Assembly: GCA_963514005.1 (NCBI GenBank)
Contig: OY740807.1
Location: 18,972,001-19,036,000 of the forward strand
From: Raja brachyura
Lineage: Eukaryota
DNA length: 64,000 nucleotides
Reading direction: 5' to 3'
The notes under the pieces are model-generated. The model was not told where the DNA came from and did no database searches. It was given only the letters and a program-made list of their open reading frames with translations. Within the stretch, counting starts at the first letter, position 1, and each line of letters starts with the position of its first letter. This document shows positions 1 to 12,500 of the stretch, in pieces. Both the position numbers and the translations under genes were made by a program.

Positions 1-35
1 TCTTTTTTTGTGTGTTGATAATAATGCAAAGTTAC

Positions 36-588
36 CTGCTTTAAGCATCTTCACATCCGTTGTAGTCCTTTGTTGCTCAGCTATATTGGACTCAATGGAC
101 TGTGCACCTGACACGGAGGTCTGTGGAACTGATTCTGAGGCAACTGACGTTGTTGCATCAGTGGAAGATGACTTTGAGACTGTGTCCGATGCAACACTGG
201 AGGTGAAATTCGGCTCTGCTGCCCCCGAAGTAGACACTGCAGATAACGGAGAAGTCTGCTCAGACTGTGAATTATTGACTTGATCTTCAACCTTTGATCT
301 CTTGCTGGATATTTCAGAGGAAGGATGTTGTGATGAAGAAATGGTATTCATGGGACTGGTGTTTTTAACCTCATCTTCGGATGCAATACCTGCGGCTGCA
401 GGGATATTTAATTGACTGGATGAAGACATTTCAGTGGAGTCAGTTGTGGATGAAGACTCTTGGCTTACAGTCCCATTCTCCGAGTATGAAGCATCATTCT
501 TGGACCCAGGTACCTCTAGGACCTGCACACTCTCCCACTCAATGCTGTCAATACTTGCCAAAGTGCTATCACTTGCACTTGACTTTAT
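36..588 (-). CDS. ZZEF1: ZZEF1 large Ser/Thr-rich exon (IKSSASDSTLASIDSIEW...DVKMLKA)
   Basis: tatttccag acceptor, 553 nt open frame, CAG|gtaact donor at 35. Confidence 0.8.
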
Positions 589-3500
589 CTGGAAATAAAT
601 GTGAAGGTGAGTCAGTAAATCCTAGCATAGAGAAATGTTCCAAGATTTGTCACAGAAGTGCTATCAAACAATGCTATAAAAGGAGAAATTAGAGTAGGCA
701 ACCAACAGAGATCAAACAGTTAGGTTTGAGTGGCACGGTTAAACAGGAGAGAGATAAAAAGGGATTAACAGGAAGACAGTTGCAGAGTCAAGAGAGGGAG
801 AGAGCTAGATAGGGCTCTTAAAGATAGCGGAGAGGGGATATGGGGAGAATGCAGGAACGGGGTACTGATTGGGGATGATCAGCCATGATCACATTGAATG
901 GCGGTGCTGGCTCGAAGGGCCGGATGGCCTACTCCTGCACCTATTGTCTATTGAGTCAGCAGCCTTTGGTAAGTAAAGGAAATTGGGGACATAACAGTAA
1001 AAAATACTTTACATGGAAAGATGAATTAAAGAAGTTTACAATAGTAAATATTTTTTTACAAAGTAAAATTTCAATGATTATGCATTATTAAACAGCACAG
1101 CAGCAGTAAGATTAAACATTAGCACAGAAACAGGGTCTTCATGAGTTGAAATAAGCATTTGGTTCAAATTTTAAAAAGGCATTTTTTAAAAAGCAATATC
1201 ATTTCTTCAATCTTTCTCACCATGATGCTACTTATCTCAGAGAAGCTTCCCACGAGAGTGGGGTAATCATCAGAAATAAGGAAAAACAACTTAACCAATG
1301 TTCCAGGACCAAAATCAACCTGTAGATATGCAAGTGATGCTCGCAAACCTAAGCTCAGCGGCCAAATTCCAACACTTACCTTCTTTTGGATTTTCTCCTG
1401 ACGACGCTGAACAGCTTCCTGTCCATCTTTGGATTGTGTATCAGATAATATTTCTCTTTGGTCATCTGCAGCAGTTGATTCCTGAAGATGGACATAAGTA
1501 AAGATTAGAAGCAAGGACTAATAGCGATTGTGGTTTTAAAAATCTGTCAAATGATAGCTTTAGAAAGTCCTCAAATAACAATGTACTGGTTGCTAACTGA
1601 ATTCTATGGTTACTAAATTCTATGGTTTTGCTGAGATTAAACTGGCAAAATCATGAAGGCCTGGAGTATTAGATTACGGTTATCTTTCAAACTAATGGCA
1701 GTCTCCATGGTTCTGCTGAACTTGCATCAACTGAAGATAACTTGAAGCAGCCTGGAAAGTAAATATACACAACCTTTCCACTACCTTCTATGAAAAGCAA
1801 TCAGAGGGAACCAACTTTCATCATACTCATCTCTTTTGCAGCTTTCTCCTGCCTATTCCAATCAGTGCAAATAATCCCGATCTGGAACCTTATCTACACA
1901 TTCCCTCCACAGAGGCTGGCTGACCGACAGAGATCCTCCAGCAGTTTGGTTTTTTTGCTCATGATTCCAGCATCTGCTGTTTCTTTCATTTCCTAGACTA
2001 TTCAAAGGCTCCTGATACCTCAGGTCCACCCATCTAGTTCAGTTTAGTTTATTGTCGTGTGTACCGAGGTACAGTGAAAAGCTTCTTGTTGCGTGGTAAC
2101 CAGTCAGCAGAAGACAATACATGGTTACAATCGAGCCATCGTGTACAGGTATATGATAAAGGGAATAACACTTAGTGCAAGATAAAGTCCAGTCAGAACC
2201 TTTCTGGCATCCTCACTAGTTTAATTATATGATACCGGCTAATGCGCACACACTGTGCAAAACTCTATTCCCACCCTATACCACATTCCAGCAATTTTGT
2301 GGATGGTTTGCGTATTTCTCTAAATATATTTTGTACAGAAGAATGCCCCAAGGTTGAGCATATCTACTTTTATCGCCAAATGATCTGACCAACTAAGCTT
2401 CTTCCTCCCTACCCAGACCTCTGCTCAAACAAAAATGTTACAGTTCCCAGACCTCTGCTCAAACAAAAATTATGTTACCGCACAAGATCCTATTTATCTA
2501 CAGTGACCTATATTGGGTTCTGGTCCATTCAAATGTCTAATTTAAAGTTTAATCTCCACAGCACTACCCCACTCATCTCCACAAACACACAAATTGACAT
2601 TCTTCCCGACATGGACCCCACTATATCCCTCGCTTTTGTCGCCCCTTTATTGAAAGCAACCTAATCCATTGCCTCTGCTCTTACTGGAGCTCCAAATCCC
2701 TCTGCCTCATTCACCACCTTCCTGAAAGCCTGTCACATGCCTTAGTATCTCCGTCCTTAATGTAACGTTAATTGTTGCTCATTAATGGTTCTACGGTACA
2801 ATAGAACTTTATTTATCCCAGGAGGGAAATTAATCTGCCAACAGTCATAAAACACAAAATACATGAAACATTAAATTAAAATGACGAGTGGAAAGGATTG
2901 GGGATGTGTAAAGATTAGGGTGGGGGGGGAAGGGAGTCAGTTTACCCCTCGACAGAAGGGGAGGGGGGGGGGGAGGGGAAGAGTTGTACAGTTTGGTAGC
3001 CACCGGGAAGAAGGCTCTCCTGTGGCGTTCTGCCCTGCATCTTAGTGGAACCAGTCTATTGCTGAAGGTACTCCTCAGGTTGACCAGTGTGTCATGGAGG
3101 GGGTGAGCTATATTGTCCAAGATGCTCTGCAGTTTGTGGAGCATCCTCCCCTCCAAGACCAACTCCAAAATGTGCCACTCCCATCTGCCATTCCCTTAGC
3201 CGCTTTCACGGTTGATCGAGGTCCTATTGCAGTTGTCCTATAGACAACCTGTTCCACTGCCCACCACACCAATGTTGGCGTCATTCACAAACTTACTAAT
3301 CATGCCACCTAATATACAAGACAAACAACAGGGCACCAAATAGTGATCACTTCAGCACGCCACTGGTCACAACTTCTCCTCAAACTTGCTTGTGATATTT
3401 ATAAACGTCGATGGGTTGGTTAGTAAGTTTGGTGGAGCTGAGGAGAGCGAGGAAGGCTGTCTTAAGATGCAGCAGGATATTGGTCATTTACAAATACAGG

Positions 3501-6500
3501 TCTCCACAGCTGGCATCTAATTCAAGTGTGAGGTGTTGCACTTTGGAAGGTCCAATATAAGGGGAAGTATAAAGTTAATAGCAAGACCCTTGACAGCATT
3601 ATGTATGGAGAAATCTTGAGGTCCAAATCCATAGCTCCCTGACAGTGGCAAAGCAAGTAGATAGAATGGTAAAGAAGGCATATGGTATGGTTGCATTTAT
3701 CGGTTGGAGCATTGAGGATTAGAGTCAGGAAGTCATGTTGCAGCTTCATAAAACTTTGGTTAGGTCGCATTTGGAGTACAATATGCAGTTCCGGTCTCCC
3801 CATTACAGTAAGGATGTGGAGGCATTGGAGGGGGCGCAGAAGAGATTTATCAGTATGCTGCCTGGATTAGATGGTATTAACGAAAAGGAGAGATTGGACA
3901 ACCTTGGATTATTTTCTCTGGAGTGTGGCAGATTATCATGTTACATGATAATAAAAATATATAAAATTACAAACGGGTAGATAATCCAATCCTTTCTCCC
4001 AGGGTTGATACGTCAAAGACAAGGGGGTATAGCGTTAGGGGGCAAAAGTTTAAACGAGATGTACGGGATAGGTTTTTGTTTTACACAGGGACTGATGAGT
4101 GCCTAGATGTGCTGCCAGGGATGGCGGTGGGCGTAGATAAGATGGTGGCATTTAAGAGACTTTTGTAAAGGCACTTGGATATGCAGGGAATGGATGGATA
4201 TGGATCATGTGCAGGAACAGATTAGATTAACATGGCATCATGTATAGCAGATATTGTGGGTCGAATGGCCTGATCCTGTACCATATTGTTTTATGTTCTA
4301 TTTGGCTCCAAGACTATCTAGTTCAACCAACTTAGAAACATAGCTGAAAGGGTTTGGTCTCAGAAACTTTGAACATAATCCAATTGAAAACAATTGAGTA
4401 GAACACACGCTGACCTGACGTTGGTTGCTGGTGCAGTGATCAGTTGTGGAAAGCATCTCCGCTGTAGATTCTGCTGTGGTATTAGTAATGGCCATCTCAC
4501 TTTCACTCGATGCATTGGAGAGTAACGAAAGTACCGCAGAGTTCTTTAGACCTGGGCCAAAATATAATCAACAATGGATGTTTCGAGCATTTGCCAGCTT
4601 TAAAGAATTGTGACAACGTAGGAATGTTACAACATTTTGAGATTTTAAAAATCAAGCCTGTAATTTATCCCATCAGATTAAAAATAACTTGATTTTATAC
4701 CTAATTCACTTTCATATCTTCAGTATTAAAAAAGTTATGGTCATTTTCATACTCGGAAATTACCATCTTGTTATGATCAATATTTTCATACTAAACATCT
4801 CACTAAAACTTTACTGTGGACGTTTTCAGATATTTAGTATGAAAATATTGATCATGGATAGACAATAACACAAAAAATAGATAATTTAGATGTTCTTATG
4901 ACATGATTGTGAAAAAAATAATGATTTTGATTATCTTGAGAGTGGACACTGCAGGATTTTGAACAAATGTCTGTGTAAAATGGCCCTTGCCTGCTGCAGT
5001 GAGAAAAAGTAAAATTTATGGGAATAAATTTTATTACCATAAATTCCCATTATACCCCCCCCCCAAACCAACAGCCTCCGGAAACACGCGCACAGGCAGA
5101 TCTGGAGTGCCACTCTCTCCAACTTCTACAGGTGTACAGTAGAGAGCTTGCTGACTGGTTGCATCGTGGATTGGTTCGGCAACTTGAGCGCCCTGGAGAG
5201 GAAAAGACTACAAAAAGTAGTAAACACTGCCCAGTCCATCATCGGCTCTGACCTTCCTTCCTTCGAGGGGATTTATCACAGTTGCTGCCTCAAAAAGGCT
5301 GGCTGCATCATCAAGGACCCACACCACCCTAGCCACACATTCATCTCCCTGCTACCTTCGGGTAGAAGGTACAGGAGCCTGAAGACTGCAACAACCTGGT
5401 TTAGGAATAGCTACTTCCCCACAGCCATCAGGCTATTAAACCTGGCTCGGAACTCTGAACATTAATATCCCTCCATCTGTTATTTGTACTTTATTAATTT
5501 ATTAAGTCATGGGTGTATTTATGTATATAATTGTAGTCAATGCCTTCTATGTTCTGTTGTGCTATGCAAATAAAGATTTTCATTGTCCTGTCAGGGACAC
5601 ATGACAATAAACTCTTTTGACTTTTGACTTTGACTTGATGGTAAGGTTTTGTAACAGCGCTGGACAATGCATAGGCAACGAGAGTAGAGCTGACTGGGTC
5701 ATTCACACTACTGTATGTAACAGCCCAACACAAGCAACAGAGATGAAAAACTAGTTCAAACAAGTATCCATCTGAGTAGAAACAAGGAACTGCAGATGCT
5801 GGTTTATAAAAAAAGTGCTGGTGTAATTCAGTAGGTCAAGCAGCATCCTTGGAGAACATGGATAGATGATGTCTGGACCCTTCTTCAGACTGATCAGACA
5901 TATCTGATGAATCTGATCACACAGATTCAATTAGTCTGAGGAAGGATTCCGATCTGAAACATCACTTATCCTGGTTATCCAGGTATACTGCCTGACCTGC
6001 TGAGCTACTCCAGCACTTTTTATTTACCTTTGTTTGAGTATTGATTGGGTAGACAAGCCTTTTGCCCACAGATTCCACGCTGACCATCGATCATCTGGTC
6101 ATGCCAGTTTAGTTTAGTGATACAGCACGGAAACAGACCCTTCGGCCCACCGAGTCCACGCAGACCAGTGATCCCCTCGTACACTAGCACTATCCTACAC
6201 GTTAGAGACAATTTACAATTTTACTAAAGCCAATTAACCTACAAACCTGCACGTCTTGGAGTGCGGGAGGAAACCAGAGTACCTGGAGAAAACCCACATG
6301 GTCACGGGAAGGACATACAAACTCCACACAGATCCCGGGTCTCTGGCGCTGTAAGAAAGCAACCACCACTGTGCAGCCCTTAATTCTATATTATCTGACT
6401 TTCACATCCACTCCCTACACATTTGGGGCAATTTATGGAGACTAATTAACTTACAAACCCGCACATCTCTGGGATGTAGGAGGAAAGCAGAGCATCCGGA

Positions 6501-9500
6501 GGAAACCCACTTGGTTACAGAAAGAACGTGCAAACTTCACACACATACAGCACCAGAGTCCAGGATCAAACCCAGGATTCGGGCGCTGTTAGGCCAAAGG
6601 AAAATCTTGAACGTATGTCTACAGTTTCGGAATAATGAAAAAGTGCGTTGTTTACTTTTTCCTTGATGGGCTTTGATTAGATATTCAGTGATGAGCTCTG
6701 TGCAGCGAGCTTCCAGTGCCTCAGCCTGAGATTGCACACAAGGCTCCAGATTCTCCTTGGTGGGTTTCTGCTCTGTAACGATGTCGGCCGTGTAGAGGGC
6801 CAGTGCGCTGAACAGCAGCCAGGTGTAGTTGTGGATGTATGGCTGGATGAGACGGTGACGGTCACTGATGCGAATTGTCACCATGGGGAACACCGTGATG
6901 CTGTGTGTAGGCAAGTGGCTGCAAGGAAATAAAAAGCTACAAATTAACGTGGAAAACAATACAGAGACAAGAGACTGCAGGTGCTGGAATCTTGAGCAAA
7001 AAAAAACTAACTGCTGGGTCAGACAGCATCTGTCGAGGGAAATGGACAGACAATATTTCCAGTTGAGACCCTTCTTCAGGAGGATCTGGACCCTTGTGTC
7101 TGACCCGAAACATCATCTGTCCATACCCCCCCCCCGAGATGCTGCCTGATACGTTAAGGTCCTACAGCAGTTTGCGCTTTGATAAGAAACAGTACATCTC
7201 CCCATCCAACTTATTAACAACTGACACAGGTAAAAAATCATTACAAAATAGTATGAATAAGGGCCAGAAAAGTTCCCCTGCAGCACCCTTCCTTGTCAGA
7301 TTAGTTTATTAGATTTATTTTGGTACAAGTGGAAATAATGAAGAATGATACAGACATTGGGTAGGGAACAACACACTTGAGATAATTCTCATTACTTAAG
7401 TAGTTTAGTCAGCTGGGTTCAATTATACACTAAACTTCAACAATACACTAAACAATTGACAGACGACTGATCACAATTGAAACAGGTACTCAAAAAGGTC
7501 AGCGGCAGCACCCAAAAGGTCAAAGGAGACAAGGACAGAATGTGCATACTGCTGAAGTGTTGCAAGCACAGTTCAAGGGCAGAGCTCTGCCAGGTGCACA
7601 CTCGTGGCCAGACAAACGCTGCTTTCATTTATTTATTTTCTCGAGACTGAGGGAGCCAAATAATTTATCAAATTTGCTGAAAGCTCACAGCAATGTCTTT
7701 GAAGTGGACACATCTGTTAATAACAGGGTGAACAGATGGCTGCACCATTTGAGGGAGTAAAAATAGCAATCCTGCAAATGAGTTACGCACGAGAGCTGCT
7801 GCCTCCTAATTTCAGCACCCAAGATATGATCCTACCTCCAGTGCTGTCAATGTGGAGGTCACACATCATCCGTGACCTCATTGGTGTTTTAGACCCACCA
7901 TAGTCTCTGTATATTACCCATAGTGAAGGTGGGTGCTATGATAATCAGGATGGAGGTACATAGAACACTACAACACAGGAACAGGGGCAGTGGCCAGCGA
8001 TCTCTACGCCAACCATGATGCCAATTTAAACAAATCTCATCTACCTGCACATGGTCCATATCCCTCTATTGCCTCTTTACATGCTTGTCTAAATGGCACT
8101 GAAGAGGTGAGTGTGAGAGAATAGAGTGAAGGGATAGGAATATGTGTGAAGTGGAATAGACATGACAGACCAAATGGCATCTGTGATCTAATTTTTAAAA
8201 AATGAGCTGTGAATTTTGCCGACTTCATTTTTGGGTCATCAACATTACAATTCTGAATTAAGAAGTAGCAATTCTAGTGCTGTATAGCACCACTGTCGGT
8301 TACCTGTCAGGGTATTTCTTTGCAGAATAGCACCCGTAGCAAAGGTCAAAGTCATCACAGACATTGCAATTGATCCTGCGGCCTATGATTAGCCCCTGGC
8401 AGTGATCACATGCGTACTCCATGTTCACCATCTTATGATAATCTTCATGATGTTCAGGCATCACTCCACCTAAAGGGAAACATCATCACGGTATAAACTG
8501 ACCCGATCATTTCATGGGATGGCATGCAAACAAAAGCTTTTCAACGTATCTTGGCACATTATAAACCTAAGGCTTCAGAACTTTGGTCTCAACAAGATAA
8601 TATTGGCAATGAAATATTGGCTAGCTAGATATTAACAATTCAATAGACAGGGCGAATTTCTGGGAACATTTAGAGGCTATTTTGCACAGAAGCAAACAGA
8701 TGTTATTCACATCATGCTCATCAAACCCACAGGTATCTTCTCACTTACTGCTAAAGATGAATTCCCGGGAACAATAATGATAATAATAGGATCAGCACTG
8801 AAAGGGCAGAGGTTTATTAATAATAACAGCACTGCTGTATTAGGAACTTGATGTAAACTCCTTCACTCTCCAGTTATGCAGGGAACCCAGCTGAAGCCTC
8901 CACCCCTTATTGACACCTCCATGCCACAAGTCAATATAACATCAGTGTGGCATGGCTCAGTGTGGAACAGGTAAGGAATCACAGTGAGAGAAGCAGTGAA
9001 GCCACTTGAGAGAGATATGGGGGTGTGTAGAAAGGAACTGCAGATGCAGATTTAAACAAAAGATAGACACAGAAAGCTGGAGTAATTCAGTGGAACAGGC
9101 AGCATCTCGAGAGAAGGAATGGGTGACGTTTTGGGTCGAGACCCTGAAGAAGGTTAATTAATTAACAGCCATTAATAGCAGCCTAGTAAAATAGAGGCAT
9201 TTGTACTTCACAGCACTTCAATTTTTTACCGAGAAAACATGTTTTGCAGAGATCCATGTCTGGACACTGGAGACAACGGTAACGATGCCAAGGTGCTATT
9301 TTGTGGCATCCGTCGCAGGATATCTCCACATTCAGTAGGTCACAGTAACGTGCAACAAACATGTGCATCTATCACATAAAAACAAATTGTTAATTACCAT
9401 TCCAGACGCTAAAACTCAAGTTATTTAATCAGAAACAGTGACAATCCCTAATGAATTAGTGGTCTGCAATTAACAGATACACTTGCTGATGACTTGTTTT

Positions 9501-12500
9501 ACGTATTTATCAAAGGTAAACAAGGATTTTATTCACAGACCCATCTTCGACATGGCAACTTAAAATATATTTTGTTAAAAACATTCCTGGGAAAATTATA
9601 GTGCTTTTCTCTCAATTCCCACAGAAAGCGTTTTGTACTCTATTATTTCCAAACCCTAAGGGAAAGAAATTATTAACAAGAGAGAAAAGTTCACAAACCT
9701 AAGCTTTGGTCTCTAACAATTCAATGCAAAGTACTGCACAATAGCTACGTGTCATAACATGGAGGATAATGAAATTACTTAAAACATTCACTTACTCGCC
9801 TCTTCTCTTCAGCTGTAGCAGTGGTCATCCTATCATACCAGACCCGCAGCTGTATTCCATCCTGACATTCGTCCATCCATTCTTTGTTGCATTCATAATC
9901 TGCAATCTCATCCTCTTCACTCCACTGGCTAAATAAATATGCCCATCAGGCAAATGGTTAACAAAGCTTCATCATCAGTTGAAAACTGTTCATGCTGTCT
10001 GTCTGATGGCTGGATAGGTATGTGTCAGCACCCATTAAAAAAAAATCTCCCCCCACCCCCCAATAAAAAAAGCACACCCCTATCCACCCCACACCGACCT
10101 CCCCCCACCCCGAACCCCGTTGTGAACCAAACACTATTGAATTCTATTAGCACCCTCCCTATTTATCAGATTCCAGCACCGGAATCCATCTTTCTCCACA
10201 GAATGCCGATGAACCACCCAGCTGTTTCCACCTTCACCTGCCCCTTCCCACCCCTTATCCTTCACCTTTCCATGCCGCACCAATTGCAATTTAAGCGAGA
10301 GTTAGGTAGAGCTCTAGGGGCTAGTGGAATCAAGGGATATGGAGAGAAGGAAGGCACGGGTGATTGATTAGGGACGATCAGCCATGATCGCAATGAATGG
10401 CGGTGCTGGCTCGAACGGCCTCCTCCTGCACCTATTTTCTATGTAATTGCCTCTTGTCTCGCCACTTCCCCTATCCTCTTTCTAGCAACCAACTACCCAC
10501 TCCACTCTGTCTGATTCAGGGTATTAAACTTCATCCCCTCCCCCCACCTTATTGTGATTTATACTCACTGAATGGCACTGTCATGAATACTGATATTTTC
10601 TTGTGACATTGCCAGTAGGAGATCAGGTAACTTGATGTCATTGAAAAAAGACATGTCCAGTGGCTCCCAACCTATATCCAGTAAATGTAGAAGGCAGGTC
10701 TGAACACAGGAAAGGGCTGGGAGCAGAGACCTAAAGGAAACATACAATGGGGCATAAATCCACTCGAAACCATGTTGTTAAATCTCCCACTATAGGGAAC
10801 AGCAAAAAGAAAATTGGTTGAATTATTTGCTGGATATTTTATACATGAGCACATTGCATCTCCAATATATATAAAAATAGCCATTCTAAGTCAAGGGTTT
10901 TAGAGGTATACTCTCTATATTATAATATTGGGGCAAATTATGCTCTGTTCAGTCCAGCACCCGGATAACTCCCTCACATCCACGCCACCTGAATTCTCCC
11001 CACCCCACATTGTGGCACATGTCCAACTGACTTGGGCGACCAGATGCAGGAATCAGTGGGCACCTGCTGTTCATGAAACTGTCAGTGACTGCACCTGCTC
11101 TGTGGTAAAACAGGCAAAAGCTTTGCTCTGGTCTTATGGCCGGGCAACATTGTTTTGAAAGTACCTTCCAGAAGGTAGTTGAGTCCCTTTCTGAACCACC
11201 TGGCATAGTACCTGCCTACGTAGCATGACATTAGATCCTAGAGAAACTCAGATGAAGTATTTGGTATATAATTTCAGTACATATTGTTTGAATCTACGAT
11301 GCGAGATCCAGGAATTAAATATCCATTTTTATTCAATACATGTGCTAGATATGGGAGTGTAGAAGATAAATACAACAGAAAATTAGTGAAAGCTAATGAG
11401 GTAATCAAAAGCATTGGTAAGACAAAAAGGAAAGCTAATAAGTTTGTTGGCCCTTACGCAAGTACAAAACCAGTTAGTGTCTCCTCAAAACAAATGTCAA
11501 AAAGAGCTGGAGAAACTCAGCGGGTCAGGCATCTTTGGAGAAAATGGATTGAATTCAGAATGCAGTCTCTGAATATCTCTTTGAATGACCAACCCTGGAA
11601 TTACTTAGCATGCCTAGTCAGCCCACCTATGGATAAACTTTTAATAATAGGTTTGCAGCAAAGGTTTGTCAGATTGGCTCCAGACACGAGAGAGAAGGAG
11701 GAAGAAATCTGTCATGAGAGATTATCAGATTGGGCCTGTACTCTCAAAAGCTTTGTAGACAAAACAGTATCTCATGAAAACATACAAATTCTTCCGGAGC
11801 TTGACAGGGTAGATGAGCAGATGATGATTCATCTGGCTGGGATTCAAAATAGGGGTCAGTCATTTGGGACTGAGATGAGAAGAAATTTCTTCACACAAAG
11901 TAGTAAATCTTTGAGATTCCCCACCCAGAAAGGAAGTGAAGGCTCAGTCACTGATATGTTCAGGACAGGATCAAGAATTTTGGATACTGAGAGATGGGAC
12001 TGGTACAGAAAAGTGGCACTGAGTCAAAAAAGTCATTCATGATCTTACTGAATGACAGAGGATCAAATGGACTAAACCTGCTCTTGTTTCAATGTTCTGC
12101 AATGGCAACCAGTTATAATACAAAAAGCACTGGATGGGAACAACATTGAAAGAACTGCTCAGGAACATATAGTATGATGGTCAAAACTCTAAAATGGATG
12201 ACTCTGCATTGGTGTTCTTCCATTTTACAATAGGCTGGACTCAAAATAAATCTAAACCAAATGCTGAATTCATTCATTCTGTTCAAGTAATTACTTACCA
12301 ATCTTTCTCAGTGTTAAACTGACGAACAGCAGTGACAAGAAGCAACACAAGATTGTGGTAAGTCTGCCGGAGTTCATGCCATAGTCCCTTTCCACAGCCC
12401 TCCAACTGCTGATGATAGCTGGAAACACAAGTCAGAGGGGGAAGAAAAAAAAAGGAAAAAAATCAACAACAAAAAAAAATCAGGGATTTGTCATTTTCAC

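Noticed and set aside
2412-2470. 25-bp direct repeat CCCAGACCTCTGCTCAAACAAAAAT; similar short duplications at 21269-21299 and 56124-56160
   Set aside because: Two-copy local tandem duplications, not CRISPR-like and with no further structure
11284-12042. 252-aa plus-strand ORF, the longest in the track
   Set aside because: It runs through a Penelope terminus fragment and a decayed CR1 3' end (EMRRNFFTQ); a chance chimeric frame with no coherent domain
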